Positions 9,501 to 19,034 of a stretch of DNA of 64,000 bases are shown here, one piece after another. Both the position numbers and the translations under genes were made by a program. The stretch's first letter is position 1. Each line of letters begins with the position of its first letter. Under the pieces are notes generated by a model. That model did not search any database. It saw nothing but the letters and a program-made list of their open reading frames with translations, and was not told the origin of the DNA. This stretch comes from Bacteroidota bacterium (GTDB taxonomy: Bacteria; Bacteroidota; Bacteroidia; Flavobacteriales_D; Crocinitomicaceae): positions 19,945 through 83,944 of the forward strand of contig JBNJEH010000003.1 of assembly GCA_051745635.1 (NCBI GenBank). Reading direction: 5' to 3'.

Positions 9501-9647
9501 ATTTCCGTTAGCTGGATCACAAGCAGAAATGTTCGCCGTAAAATTGGTGATCAGGCATTGAGCGTTTAGCAACGAACCGAGCGACACAAATAAAAGTACC
9601 AATGCAATTCGACTATAAATCTTATTTTGTTGATTATCAATTTTCAT
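6576..9647 (-). CDS. Large T9SS cargo with Ig-like/PKD repeats and a type B (gliding-motility/CHU_C) C-terminal sorting domain
   Basis: Signal peptide (IALVLLFVSLGSLLNAQ), VDAGPDQTVCEG-type repeats, PKD motifs WNFGDG/WDFGDN, and C-terminal FYVPNTFTP..D..N..F / IFNRWGEVIF / WDG / GHVNVLK. Start set at ATG 9647. Confidence 0.88.
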   Translation of the reverse strand: MKIDNQQNKIYSRIALVLLFVSLGSLLNAQCLITNFTANISACDPANGNYSIDGVVEFNSPPGTGQLIVEDCNGNQQTFNAPFTSPTNYNLTGLNADGANCNITVYFSDDPGCTQSLSYTAPDCPCNFTFIDVNISACDPNNNEFEISGSVEFDSPPATGQLIIEDCNGNQQTFNAPFSSPQNYNLTGIDSDGFTGCDVTAYFTDDATCTITSNTFDYPDPCECTADAGTYSSNVNGNTTTTNPFLLCFGDQLDITGNGDFQPSDDFNIGGVTYDPGVFLFAYSCPPTVFPPDDINTDPCLAGIASFQNQNWSLTNNIGDNSTLYLVPVTMYSMTDTIYAISINGGDFCYDMGEVFEVSLLEEITTTITEDCQAGEATITINGGQPSFDGSNFTISNLQPASANLSTTTVPNGGTVTITGLTDGDNYSFDIVDDAGCPETISGTFTGTEDASFDYPATTYCQDETDPIANITGDPGGTFTVNPAGLTVDANTGAIDLSSATGTYTITYTTPDPTCFDQSTFDVTINPVPNFTLTGTDPSSCGSNDGTITISGLQANVNYNIAYTENGTPVGPLNLTSDGAGEITLTGLSPGTFANFIVSLNGCDGTNNTSLTLVEPNAPSVDAGPDQTVCEGENVTLTAANPDGANITWDNGVGDGTPFTPSVGTTTYTVTAELSGCTATDQVDVTAHPLPDVEAGNDLTICEGESAVLSGSGANTYTWDNGVTDGVSFIPASTTTYTVTGTSIEGCTDTDQVTIEVVPLPTVDFQGQNLEGCAPVTATFSNTSAGPDVSCVWNFGDGNTSSGCTDVTNTYDTPGCYDVSLEVTDANGCSSSLTFDDYVCADGYPDASFSFSPETLTNIDTEVEFTNTSVGAQNFEWDFGDNQSSTNINPVHIYPNAADEYEVELVAINNDGCADTAYAVITIREELIFYVPNTFTPDKDDFNEVFQPVFTSGFDPFDFKLLIFNRWGEVIFESNDAEVGWDGTYGKSSQRIVKDGTYVWKIIYKTEGIDERQTVVGHVNVLK

Positions 9648-9838
9648 AGTAGCGTTTATACTTCGTTTAATTTTTTGTCGCGTTTGAACATCCATATTGT
9701 AGCTCAGCACGAATAAGACTTATGTATCAGCCAACGGTATTACAATTAAAATAGTTGCTTCTCAGCAAACTAAATTAGGAAATACATATGCCAATCTTTG
9801 GGATGAATGGATAAACGGTTTTTAATCAGGATGGCAAC

Positions 9839-10819
9839 CTACTCAAACCGATAACCATAAGTCGCTCTTATATAGTAGTATACTTGCCGATATTCGAGTT
9901 GATCGAATCGTATGCTTTTATTGTCAAATGCCGAAGTGAGCATGAGAAACCAATTGTCGACATTGTATCCGGCGTGCAGCTTGAGATCGATGCGGGGAGC
10001 GAGCCCTAAAAAACCGCGTGAATTTCCTTTCGCATTGTAAAATTTGGTCTGTACGACACCACCAACACCGGCGAGACCGCCAAACTGCCAACCATTTTTA
10101 TTGGTGACATAGGCTAATCCAGGTACAATACCAAAATCGATTGCGGCAATGTTTTGAGCTTCCAGGATGGTATAAGGCTGATTCATGTACGAATAGGGTA
10201 GAATCTGGGTATTAGACGAGATTCCATGAATATTAATAGTGTATTTCGTATAAAACGATCCGGCGGAAGACAAATAGCGCCCCACGATACCTTCTGTTGG
10301 CTTCATCTTGAACGTACTGTTTTTAAACCGATAAATATTGGTGCTGAACGAGGTCGACTGTAAATCTGAATTGGGATAGGTGCCCTTTGCTGTTACGGGA
10401 ATGCTGTCGTTAATTGTTGTAGCGTTTTTAATGGCAAACCCGCGATAACGATGGAGGTCTACTTTAAAATACCACCGTTTAATGCCAAATTTGAAGCCGA
10501 TATCGAAATAGTTGGTAGCTCCATAGTCGTTTTCATCGCGCAAATATCCGGGAAGTTTAAAGTTGATGTTGATGGCCATCCATTTGTAGGCTATTCCGAG
10601 TCCCATAATTGCGTTCATGTTTGAACGGTAGCGCAGTCGGTCGGTATTGCCAAATGCACCTTTTAACCGAAACGGAGCGTCATTCAATCCGAGCGAGGTA
10701 TGCATGACGACTCGGTTCTTTAACATTTTATAGGGCAGGTCAGCTGCAGCTGTGTCAGCATCCTGAGCGCGAACGCACAAGGCGAACATGATCGCTACCA
10801 TACCTGTCATCAATTTCAT
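9839..10819 (-). CDS. DUF4421-like outer-membrane beta-barrel protein
   Basis: Signal peptide, LRYRSN...MGLGIAYKW pattern, alternating amphipathic strands, C-terminal YGYRFE. Confidence 0.6.
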   Translation of the reverse strand: MKLMTGMVAIMFALCVRAQDADTAAADLPYKMLKNRVVMHTSLGLNDAPFRLKGAFGNTDRLRYRSNMNAIMGLGIAYKWMAININFKLPGYLRDENDYGATNYFDIGFKFGIKRWYFKVDLHRYRGFAIKNATTINDSIPVTAKGTYPNSDLQSTSFSTNIYRFKNSTFKMKPTEGIVGRYLSSAGSFYTKYTINIHGISSNTQILPYSYMNQPYTILEAQNIAAIDFGIVPGLAYVTNKNGWQFGGLAGVGGVVQTKFYNAKGNSRGFLGLAPRIDLKLHAGYNVDNWFLMLTSAFDNKSIRFDQLEYRQVYYYIRATYGYRFE

Positions 10820-10935
10820 AATTCAAATGTACGTATATTCGAAAAAAACAGGGCAAATTACATCAATTTCAATGCGAAAATCAATTTCCTTCATTTTTTA
10901 TAGTGACGACGTTGAAAGAAATGGGAGGAGACCTG

Positions 10936-10943
10936 TATATTTG
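10936..10943 (+). promoter_or_regulatory. Bacteroidota -7 promoter element (TATATTTG)
   Basis: Matches TAnnTTTG 13 nt before ATG 10957; a TTG lies about 21 nt upstream. Confidence 0.65.
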
Positions 10944-10956
10944 TAGCGATTACATT

Positions 10957-11733
10957 ATGAAAAAACTATATAAATTCTTGTTGAATAGGCTCCCGCGACC
11001 GTTACTCATTCGTTTGAGTTATGTTTTTCGTGTTTTCGCGCCTTTAATTTACAAAGGGGATCAGGTAACTTGCCCGGTTTGTGAAAAATCTTTTCGGAAA
11101 TTTTTGTCCTATGGCTCTAATGTAGCTCATCGCGAAAATGTGCTATGTCCTTATGACCTTACACTGGAGCGCCATCGTTTGATGTGGTTATACCTTCAGC
11201 GCACGGAATTTTTCACCGCTGATGCCATCAAAATGCTGCATGTAGCACCTGAGCAGTGTTTTTACGACCGGTTTAAAAAACAGAAGAACCTCGATTACCT
11301 TACCGGTGACCTGGAATCGCCCATTGCCGATATTCACTTTGATTTACACGATATTCCGCTCGATACGGATCGGTTTGACATTATTTTTTGCAACCACGTA
11401 TTGGAACACGTTGATGATGCACAACAATGTATGCGCGAATTGCACCGCGTGATGGCTCCGGGTGGTTGGGGCATTTTTCAAGTGCCGCAGGATTTTTCAC
11501 GAGAAGAAACGTATGAAGATTCCAGCATTGTAACCCCAGAAGAGCGCGAAAAACATTTCTGGCAAAAAGATCACGTTCGACTATTTGGACGCGATTATCC
11601 AGAGTGGCTGCGAAAAGCAGGTTTCGAAGTGGACGAATATAAACCTTCAGATTTGTTTAGCAGCGAAGAGATCGAACGTTACCGATTAATGAAAAATGAA
11701 GTACTCTATATTGCTAAAAAAACGGATCAATAA
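10957..11733 (+). CDS. Class I SAM-dependent methyltransferase (Methyltransf_11-like) with N-terminal Cys cluster
   Basis: CPVC..C, LHVAPE, FDIIFCNHVLEHV, DHVRLFGRDY. Start at MKKLYK after the promoter. Confidence 0.8.
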   Translation: MKKLYKFLLNRLPRPLLIRLSYVFRVFAPLIYKGDQVTCPVCEKSFRKFLSYGSNVAHRENVLCPYDLTLERHRLMWLYLQRTEFFTADAIKMLHVAPEQCFYDRFKKQKNLDYLTGDLESPIADIHFDLHDIPLDTDRFDIIFCNHVLEHVDDAQQCMRELHRVMAPGGWGIFQVPQDFSREETYEDSSIVTPEEREKHFWQKDHVRLFGRDYPEWLRKAGFEVDEYKPSDLFSSEEIERYRLMKNEVLYIAKKTDQ

Positions 11734-12709
11734 GCAACTGACGCGCTTGTGGCTGAGTTTGTGTATTGCGCTGCTCTTGCTCGCGTGTGAGTCAAATTCG
11801 GATATTTCAACATTTGAACCACCCGGGGAAGAAGTGTTTGATCGCGGATTAACCGAGTTGGGTGAGCGATTATTTTTCGATAAAAGATTGTCTGTTGATG
11901 GTTCGATCGCTTGTGCCGACTGTCACATCCCGGCACTGGTTTTTACCGATGCCAAACGCATGAGTGAAGGTATTCACGGAAGAAAGGGCAAGCGCAATTC
12001 GCCGACATTGTTCAATGCTGCCAATCAGGATAAATTTATGTGGGATGGTGGTGTCAAAACCCTTGAATTGCAAGCGCTCGTCCCGCTGCAGGATACTAAT
12101 GAAATGGGACACATGGTCAGTGATTTGATCCCTGAACTCGAACAGGATGCTTACTATGACAGTATGGCGCGCACACTCTACAACCGGTCGTTTGATCCTT
12201 TCGTATTGACGCGTGCTTTGGGACATTATCAACGATCACTTTATCGGGAAGATAGTCGTTATGATCAATGGAAGCGCGGTGAAATATCAGATAAACGCCT
12301 GGAAAAAGGGAATGACTTATTTGTCAATCAGTTGAACTGTGCGAGTTGTCACACGCCTCCCACATTTACTAATAACAGCATTGCCAATACGGGCAGATAC
12401 CGTCATTATGAAGATCCCGGGAGGTACCGTATTACAGGAGATGTGAGCGACAGTGGTGCTTTTAAAGTTCCCACGCTGCGCAATGTTGAAATGACCGCTC
12501 CATACATGCACGACGGCGCCATGAAAACCCTCGACACGGTGATTGATCACTATGCGCGCGGCGGCGTCGACCATCCCAATAAAGATAAACGGATCACTCC
12601 TTTTGAACTGTCCGAACAAGAACGGGCAGACTTGATTTATTTTCTGCGGGCATTGAGTGATGAGAGATATAAGAATCACTGGCAAAAAGTCTTTCGAACC
12701 GTTCAGTAA
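11696..12709 (+). CDS. Di-heme cytochrome c peroxidase / MauG-superfamily lipoprotein
   Basis: Two CxxCH motifs (CADCH, CASCH), LFFDKRLS, RNSPTLFN, WDG, FKVPTLRNVEMTAPYMHDG; lipobox LLAC. Confidence 0.88.
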   Translation: MKYSILLKKRINKQLTRLWLSLCIALLLLACESNSDISTFEPPGEEVFDRGLTELGERLFFDKRLSVDGSIACADCHIPALVFTDAKRMSEGIHGRKGKRNSPTLFNAANQDKFMWDGGVKTLELQALVPLQDTNEMGHMVSDLIPELEQDAYYDSMARTLYNRSFDPFVLTRALGHYQRSLYREDSRYDQWKRGEISDKRLEKGNDLFVNQLNCASCHTPPTFTNNSIANTGRYRHYEDPGRYRITGDVSDSGAFKVPTLRNVEMTAPYMHDGAMKTLDTVIDHYARGGVDHPNKDKRITPFELSEQERADLIYFLRALSDERYKNHWQKVFRTVQ

Positions 12710-12737
12710 TTGCTAACTTCGTGGTCATTCGATTAAA

Positions 12738-13169
12738 ATGAGAAACATGAAGTGCACCATACATTTTTACAAGTTGAACTACGATTTTTCGCCGGAATTT
12801 GCAGAAGCACATCACGACGGAGCACCTTCTCCCAACAATCGCAAATACGACTGGGAAGACGAACTCGCCATAAAAGGCGGGATTGAGGACTATGCCATTC
12901 GCGAAAATGAGACTTATATTTTACAGGGAGAACGCGATGACCGGCCTTTCGAAGAAAAAGTGGATAAAATGTTGCTGTTCGAATTCGAAGGGAATGACGG
13001 CCAACAAACGCTATTGGCTGTCTCGATGAAGGCTGTGGACGATACAGACATTCAGGAGGATGAGAACAACGTTGTCATCAATGTCTTTCTCGATGCGCGC
13101 GAACCTGTTGCGAATCCCGTTCCGGGTGTATACATTGCCCTGGAAGATTTCCCGCAATCATTGATTTGA
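12738..13169 (+). CDS. Hypothetical acidic cytoplasmic protein
   Basis: 143-aa ORF co-oriented in the operon, host-like codon usage, TAACTTCG promoter-like motif upstream. Confidence 0.7.
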   Translation: MRNMKCTIHFYKLNYDFSPEFAEAHHDGAPSPNNRKYDWEDELAIKGGIEDYAIRENETYILQGERDDRPFEEKVDKMLLFEFEGNDGQQTLLAVSMKAVDDTDIQEDENNVVINVFLDAREPVANPVPGVYIALEDFPQSLI

Positions 13170-13175
13170 TTCTTC

Positions 13176-14105
13176 ATGTTGAATGCAAAAAATATTTACG
13201 CTGGATACACTGATGATGAGTGGGTGCTGGACAATGTTTCGCTGTCGGTAGAGCCGGGTGAAATTGTCGGTATCGTCGGTGCCAGCGGAGTAGGGAAGTC
13301 AACACTTCTGAATTGCCTGAACGGCAGAATTTCCTGGCAATCCGGTCAGATTAGCGTCGATGGCGAACGGCTGAAAGGTCCCCATGAACAACTCTTGCCG
13401 GGACATCCGTCAATTGCCCTCGTCGATCAGACATTTTCCCGCGATTTGCATTTTACAGTCTACGAAAATATTTACAATCAATTATTGCATTTAAAACAGA
13501 CCGACCGCGAAGAATTTTGCAGGGAACTTATAGCCCTTTTCGATCTTGAAAAAGTGCGCAACCAGCAGTCAAAATACCTCTCTGGTGGTGAACAGCAGCG
13601 GTTGAGCATGGCTAGTGCGCTGGCAACTGAACCGAAATACTTGTTATTGGACGAGCCTTTTTCTCACTTAGATGCTCACCTCAAACAAACCATTGGCGAT
13701 TATTTACGGGCATTGATTCAGGTACGCAAACTGGGTGTTTTATTTGTTTCTCACGACGGTCAGGAAGCTTTGTCCTGGTCGGACCGCATACTCCTCATGC
13801 AAAAAGACCAGCCGATGAAGAGTTACAGCCCCGAAAAGGCCTATCATGATCCCGATAATTATCAAGAGGGAAGGTTTTTCGGAGTACTCAATAAAATTAT
13901 CATCGCGGGGGAGGAATTGATGTTTCGTCCTGCGGCATTTTCCCTGCAGTCTACTACTGACTATCGGCGTTCTTGTCCCGTTCAATATAAAAGTTCCAAT
14001 TTTCATGGGCCATATTGGTCAAATCTATTTACTTTAGAGGACGGAAATGAGATCGTTCTGCATGCGGAAAAAAAACTCACAACGGTAAATAAAATCTATG
14101 TCTGA
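13176..14105 (+). CDS. ABC transporter ATP-binding protein
   Basis: Walker A GASGVGKS, signature LSGGEQQR, Walker B LLLDEPF, H-loop VSHD. Confidence 0.92.
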   Translation: MLNAKNIYAGYTDDEWVLDNVSLSVEPGEIVGIVGASGVGKSTLLNCLNGRISWQSGQISVDGERLKGPHEQLLPGHPSIALVDQTFSRDLHFTVYENIYNQLLHLKQTDREEFCRELIALFDLEKVRNQQSKYLSGGEQQRLSMASALATEPKYLLLDEPFSHLDAHLKQTIGDYLRALIQVRKLGVLFVSHDGQEALSWSDRILLMQKDQPMKSYSPEKAYHDPDNYQEGRFFGVLNKIIIAGEELMFRPAAFSLQSTTDYRRSCPVQYKSSNFHGPYWSNLFTLEDGNEIVLHAEKKLTTVNKIYV

Positions 14106-14985
14106 CGGAAAAATCAGGAAATTATCCTGGCGGGAAATCTGGGAGCTTGCCAAGATCAGCTTCAAAGAGTTCTTCAGCGGTGATAGCTTTACGCACGGTG
14201 CGGCGCTGGCTTACTACGCGATCTTTGCGCTGGTGCCTATTATTTATTTAGCCATCACCTCTTTTGGGTTAATTGTAGGGCAAGACAAAATTATCGACAT
14301 TGTCGGGTATTTGATGGAGACCAATATGGGAATTCAGGACGTATCTAATTTTACGGACCTCATGTACCAGTGGGATATCGGCAAGGGCGGTTCCACACTG
14401 TTGAAGGTGTTCGGTATTATTGCATTGATCTTTACTTCTACGGCTATGTTTAATTCACTGCGGAACAGCTTAAACACATTTTTTAATATTGACCCTAACC
14501 ACCACTACAACGTCGTGCTTGAATCGCTGATCACCCGGTTAATATCTTTCGGAATGCTCGCCCTTTTTGCGATTATTATCATTGTGATCTACTTTGCACA
14601 ATCCATGCTGATTTCACTGGGATCTGAATTTTTATCAGATGGCAGCACGGCGGAGAAAATTCTGCTGGTAGTGTTCGAGCATTTCACCATTTTACTCGTC
14701 AATTTCTCGTTGTTCTCCTTTATTTTTAAATACCTGCACGATGGCGTATTGCGCTGGAAACTGGCGCTCGGTGGGGCTTTATTTACAGCAATTTTGCTAT
14801 ACCTGGGGCAATTATTGATCAACTATTATCTGTCCAATTTCTTTTTTGCCGCGAACAGTGGAATTGCAGGTACATTACTGGCGATTTTGACATGGATTTT
14901 TTACACTTCTCAAATTATTTTTTTGGGAGCAAAATTCACAGCCGTTTATGCCCGAATGGTGGGGAAACCCATAATTGCGAAATGA
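14098..14985 (+). CDS. YihY/virulence factor BrkB family membrane protein
   Basis: GAALAYYAIFALVP, several TM helices, LLAILTWIFYTSQIIFLGAKF. Confidence 0.9.
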   Translation: MSDGKIRKLSWREIWELAKISFKEFFSGDSFTHGAALAYYAIFALVPIIYLAITSFGLIVGQDKIIDIVGYLMETNMGIQDVSNFTDLMYQWDIGKGGSTLLKVFGIIALIFTSTAMFNSLRNSLNTFFNIDPNHHYNVVLESLITRLISFGMLALFAIIIIVIYFAQSMLISLGSEFLSDGSTAEKILLVVFEHFTILLVNFSLFSFIFKYLHDGVLRWKLALGGALFTAILLYLGQLLINYYLSNFFFAANSGIAGTLLAILTWIFYTSQIIFLGAKFTAVYARMVGKPIIAK

Positions 14986-15001
14986 TGTTAATGAACCTGA
15001 C

Positions 15002-18000
15002 ATGAAAATGAAATTTTGGAATAAAAGAAAATTCTGGAAGCGATTGATCGGATTCGCCGTTATTATTCCGGTCATATTATTTACGGCATTGATTGCTATT
15101 GCTTATTTTCAACAAGACCGCATCGTTCAACACTTTCTCAAAACAACGAACGCTGATTTCAAGGGAAAAGTAGTGCTGGAGGATTCTCACATCGCGCCTT
15201 TTGCGAATTTCCCTTATATTTCTGTAGACCTAGAAGGTGTGCGCGTATTCAAAACGAAACGAGACACGGCAGCAATTGTCAATCTCGAAGATATTTACCT
15301 CGGATTTAATGTGATGTCGCTCCTTTCCGGTGATTTTAATATAAATATGATTCAGCTCGCGGACGGCTTTGTTCACGTTCATCAAAATGAACAAGGCGAT
15401 TTCGATATCCTGCAGGCTTTTGAACCGACGCATCCCATTGACGATGTAGAAGAAGAATTCCACTTTGCTCTGGATGAAATTGAGCTCGATGGTGTAGATA
15501 TAAAAAAGACAGATCCCGATAGCCTGACAATTGACGGTTACGTGCAGCGTGCGGCGATAGAGTTATCGAACAAGCCCGAACACTTATATCTCGATGTAGA
15601 CCTGTATGCAGATATGAGTATCATAGAAAAAGGAGATACTTCTATTCTTAAAAACAAACCGACCCACCTCAAAACGCAGTTAGATTACACGAAATCGACG
15701 CAAGTAGTTCAATTCTCGGAAAGTAGCCTGGATGTTATGAACTCTTTGTTTAATGTTGCCGGAACCATTGATATCGACGATGAATTTGATCTGGATCTGA
15801 ATATTGATGGGAAAAAGTCGGATTTTAGTCTGCTGATCGCCCTTTCTCCAGATGATTTAATTCCGCTTTTCAACAGTTTTGAAAATCGGGGCGATGTGTT
15901 TTTTAAAGCGAACATTACAGGAAAAGCCTCTCAGGGTCATATTCCAAAGATAACCGCAGATTTTGGCTGCAAAGATGGTTTTTTTAAGAATCGGGAGACC
16001 CAAAAAACGCTGGAGGAATTAAATTTTGTCGGCCATTTTGAAAGTCAAAAAAATAAGGGGATCGAACACATGCGATTTGAAATGACCGATTTTCAAGCCC
16101 GACCTGAAACGGGACGTTTTAAAGCAAGATTAGCCGTTGAAAATTTCGCATCTCCCGATATAGAGCTCATGCTGAACACGAATTTTGAGTTGGATTACCT
16201 CGCTGCATTTTTTAATGTTCAACAGTTAAAAGATTTGGACGGCAATGTGGAACTCGAAATGAATTTCCACGATATTATTGACCTCGAACACCCCGAAAAG
16301 AGCATCGAAAAACTGAATGAATCGTATTATACGGAGCTGCACGTCGCCAATTTACAGTTTCAAATCCCGGGTTACGCCGAACGCTTTGAAAACATTAATA
16401 TTGATGCACACATGGACGGTCATGCGGCACAACTCGATCAGTTTCACCTGGATGTGGGACACTCTGAAGTGAACATTGATGGTGCGATCAGCGATTTACC
16501 TGCGCTCATTCACCACACGGCAATTCCTGTAGAAGCACGGCTAAATATCGAATCGGAAGAAATTAATTTGACGCAATTAACCGAAGCGAAAGGCGAACAA
16601 GTGGTGGACGAAATCATATCTGACCTGGCATTGAAGTTGCGGTTCAACAGTTCGGCGCGCGCTTTTACCGAATCACCGCACCTGCCCATTGGCGAGTTTT
16701 TTATCGAAGATTTACACGCCGACTTGTCCACTTATCCGCACCGGTTTCACGATTTTCATGCCGATGTATTGATCGATACCAATGACTTGAGTGTCGTCGA
16801 TTTTACCGGAGAACTGGACGAAACGGATTTTCACTTTTCGGGGAAAGTCCAAACTTATCCCATGTGGTTCCAGGAACAACTGGAGGGCGATACAAAAATT
16901 GAGTACGATTTAACGAGTGAGCATTTTGCGCTGGAGGATATTTTCACTTATCAGGGTGAAAATTTCGTTCCTCCGGATTACAGGCATGAAGAAATCACCA
17001 ATGCCAAAGTCCACGGTCATGCCAATTTACATTTTAAAGACCACGAATTAAAAACAACTGATATTTGGTTGACGGAGTTGAGTGGTAAAATGAAAATGCA
17101 TCCGCTGCGATTCTCTGATTTTTCAGGTCGCGTTCACGTGGAAGACGAGCACTTAACCCTGGAGAAATTTGGAGGACATATCGGACAATCGTCATTTAAA
17201 ACCGATTTGAGCTATTATTTTGGTTCGAGGAAGGAAGAAAAGGAGAATTACCTCGAATTCCAGTCACCCTTTCTGGATTTTGATAAAATCATGAGTTATG
17301 AAGAACGGGAAACTGAATCAACTTCTGCTGCAGTCGAACACGACTCTGTTTTTAGTATTTTCGACATCCCGTTTCCCGATATGCGCTACCACATCGATAT
17401 CGGCCGTATGAATTACCATAAGTATCATGTATCTGCGATTGACGCCGATTTGCGCACGACTGAGAACCACATGCTGTATATTGACACATTGATGATGGAC
17501 ATTGCCAGTGGTCACATGGATATTACAGGTTACTTTAACGGTGCTGACAGAAGCGAGATCTATTTTTCACCGGATATAGAGCTCAACAACATCAATATGG
17601 ATCAGCTCATGGTCAAGTTCGATAATTTCGGACAGGATGAAATCGTTTCTGATAATATCCACGGCACTTTGTCGGGCAGGTTGACGGGCAAAATTCACAT
17701 GCATGCCGACTTAATTCCGATCATCGACGATTCTGAAATTCATTTAGATGCACGTGTCACCGATGGAGCAGTGGAGAAATATGCTCCTTTGCGGGCGCTG
17801 TCCGATTATTTTGAGGATGAGGCACTGGAAAAAGTATTGTTCGATACGCTGGAAAATCACATCGATATGAAAAATGGTAAGATGACGATTCCGGAAATGG
17901 TGATCAATTCAAATTTAGGTTTTGTGAAAATTTCGGGCGAGCAGGATATGCAGATGAACATGATTTATTATTTGAGCGTACCCTGGAAGATGGTGGCAAA

Positions 18001-18154
18001 AGCAGGAAGAAAGAAACTGTTTGGCAGCAGGAAAGAAACCGATTCACAATCTATCGGTGAATACGATCCCGATAAAAATTACCGCTACATCAATATAATC
18101 ATTGAGGGCGATGCAGAGGATTATGCGATCAAAATGGGAAAACGAAAGGATTAA
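15002..18154 (+). CDS. AsmA-like (TamB/AsmA bridge family) protein
   Basis: N-terminal TM anchor, ~1050 aa of beta-rich sequence, AsmA-like C-terminal region (GKMTIPEMVINSNLG..ISGEQ). Start at 15002. Confidence 0.75.
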   Translation: MKMKFWNKRKFWKRLIGFAVIIPVILFTALIAIAYFQQDRIVQHFLKTTNADFKGKVVLEDSHIAPFANFPYISVDLEGVRVFKTKRDTAAIVNLEDIYLGFNVMSLLSGDFNINMIQLADGFVHVHQNEQGDFDILQAFEPTHPIDDVEEEFHFALDEIELDGVDIKKTDPDSLTIDGYVQRAAIELSNKPEHLYLDVDLYADMSIIEKGDTSILKNKPTHLKTQLDYTKSTQVVQFSESSLDVMNSLFNVAGTIDIDDEFDLDLNIDGKKSDFSLLIALSPDDLIPLFNSFENRGDVFFKANITGKASQGHIPKITADFGCKDGFFKNRETQKTLEELNFVGHFESQKNKGIEHMRFEMTDFQARPETGRFKARLAVENFASPDIELMLNTNFELDYLAAFFNVQQLKDLDGNVELEMNFHDIIDLEHPEKSIEKLNESYYTELHVANLQFQIPGYAERFENINIDAHMDGHAAQLDQFHLDVGHSEVNIDGAISDLPALIHHTAIPVEARLNIESEEINLTQLTEAKGEQVVDEIISDLALKLRFNSSARAFTESPHLPIGEFFIEDLHADLSTYPHRFHDFHADVLIDTNDLSVVDFTGELDETDFHFSGKVQTYPMWFQEQLEGDTKIEYDLTSEHFALEDIFTYQGENFVPPDYRHEEITNAKVHGHANLHFKDHELKTTDIWLTELSGKMKMHPLRFSDFSGRVHVEDEHLTLEKFGGHIGQSSFKTDLSYYFGSRKEEKENYLEFQSPFLDFDKIMSYEERETESTSAAVEHDSVFSIFDIPFPDMRYHIDIGRMNYHKYHVSAIDADLRTTENHMLYIDTLMMDIASGHMDITGYFNGADRSEIYFSPDIELNNINMDQLMVKFDNFGQDEIVSDNIHGTLSGRLTGKIHMHADLIPIIDDSEIHLDARVTDGAVEKYAPLRALSDYFEDEALEKVLFDTLENHIDMKNGKMTIPEMVINSNLGFVKISGEQDMQMNMIYYLSVPWKMVAKAGRKKLFGSRKETDSQSIGEYDPDKNYRYINIIIEGDAEDYAIKMGKRKD

Positions 18155-18253
18155 CCGATTTCCTATATTTTTTTAATTTTAACGAAAATACGCAGATACC
18201 ATATAAAATAGGTCTCTTCTATAATTATTAGAACGAAATTCCGGATATGAATT

Positions 18254-18940
18254 ATGATCATTAGCCATAAACATAAATTTATTTTTATCAAAACGAAAAA
18301 AACGGCGAGTACCTCTGTAGAGATAGCACTGAGCAATATTTGTGGTAGTCGAGACGTGTTGACACCCATTGACAGCGAAGATGAAAAGGCAAGAGAAAAG
18401 TTTACCGGTATTTCAGCCCAAAATTATTATGTCCCACTGGGGCAATACGGCAGGAATAATTTTCTTCGGAGTATTCGAAAAGCCCGGCCGTTGCAGTTTT
18501 ATAATCACATGTCGGCCAGAGAAATAAGAAACTATGTTTCTAAAGAGGTTTGGGACAATTACTATAAATTCACAATAGATCGCAACCCATACGATAAGAT
18601 TGTTTCGCTTTACTATTGGAGAGGTGGAGATAAAAAATTCGGAAACATTTTTAATTTTTTGGTAAATGGCGGTTTAGAAGGGTTCAACAGCTATGATTTA
18701 TATACAATCAACGGAGTTATGGTTGTGGACAGGATTTATCGCTTTGAAAAGATGGACGAGATGTGCGAAGATCTTACTAAGCGCCTGAATCTCGAAAAAC
18801 CGTTTGAGCTCGTGGATTATAAGGCAAAATCCACCTATCGCAATAAACGAAATTATCAATCAGTTTTAGACCAGCGATCCAAAAAGCTGATTCGAAGAAT
18901 TTTCGCAAGAGAATTTGAATTAATGGATTACGAGTGGTAA
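18254..18940 (+). CDS. Sulfotransferase family protein (Sulfotransfer_2-like)
   Basis: MIISHKHKFIFIKTKKTASTS (PAPS 5'-PSB loop) and FTIDRNPYDKIVSLY (3'-PB motif). Confidence 0.85.
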   Translation: MIISHKHKFIFIKTKKTASTSVEIALSNICGSRDVLTPIDSEDEKAREKFTGISAQNYYVPLGQYGRNNFLRSIRKARPLQFYNHMSAREIRNYVSKEVWDNYYKFTIDRNPYDKIVSLYYWRGGDKKFGNIFNFLVNGGLEGFNSYDLYTINGVMVVDRIYRFEKMDEMCEDLTKRLNLEKPFELVDYKAKSTYRNKRNYQSVLDQRSKKLIRRIFAREFELMDYEW

Positions 18941-19034
18941 GAGATCCTTATTCTTGGCTTCTGTTCGAATTTCATGGGAGCGTGAAATCACAGAATCAGG
19001 TTATCGAATAAAGTTCCAAAAATTTACTTGAAAA

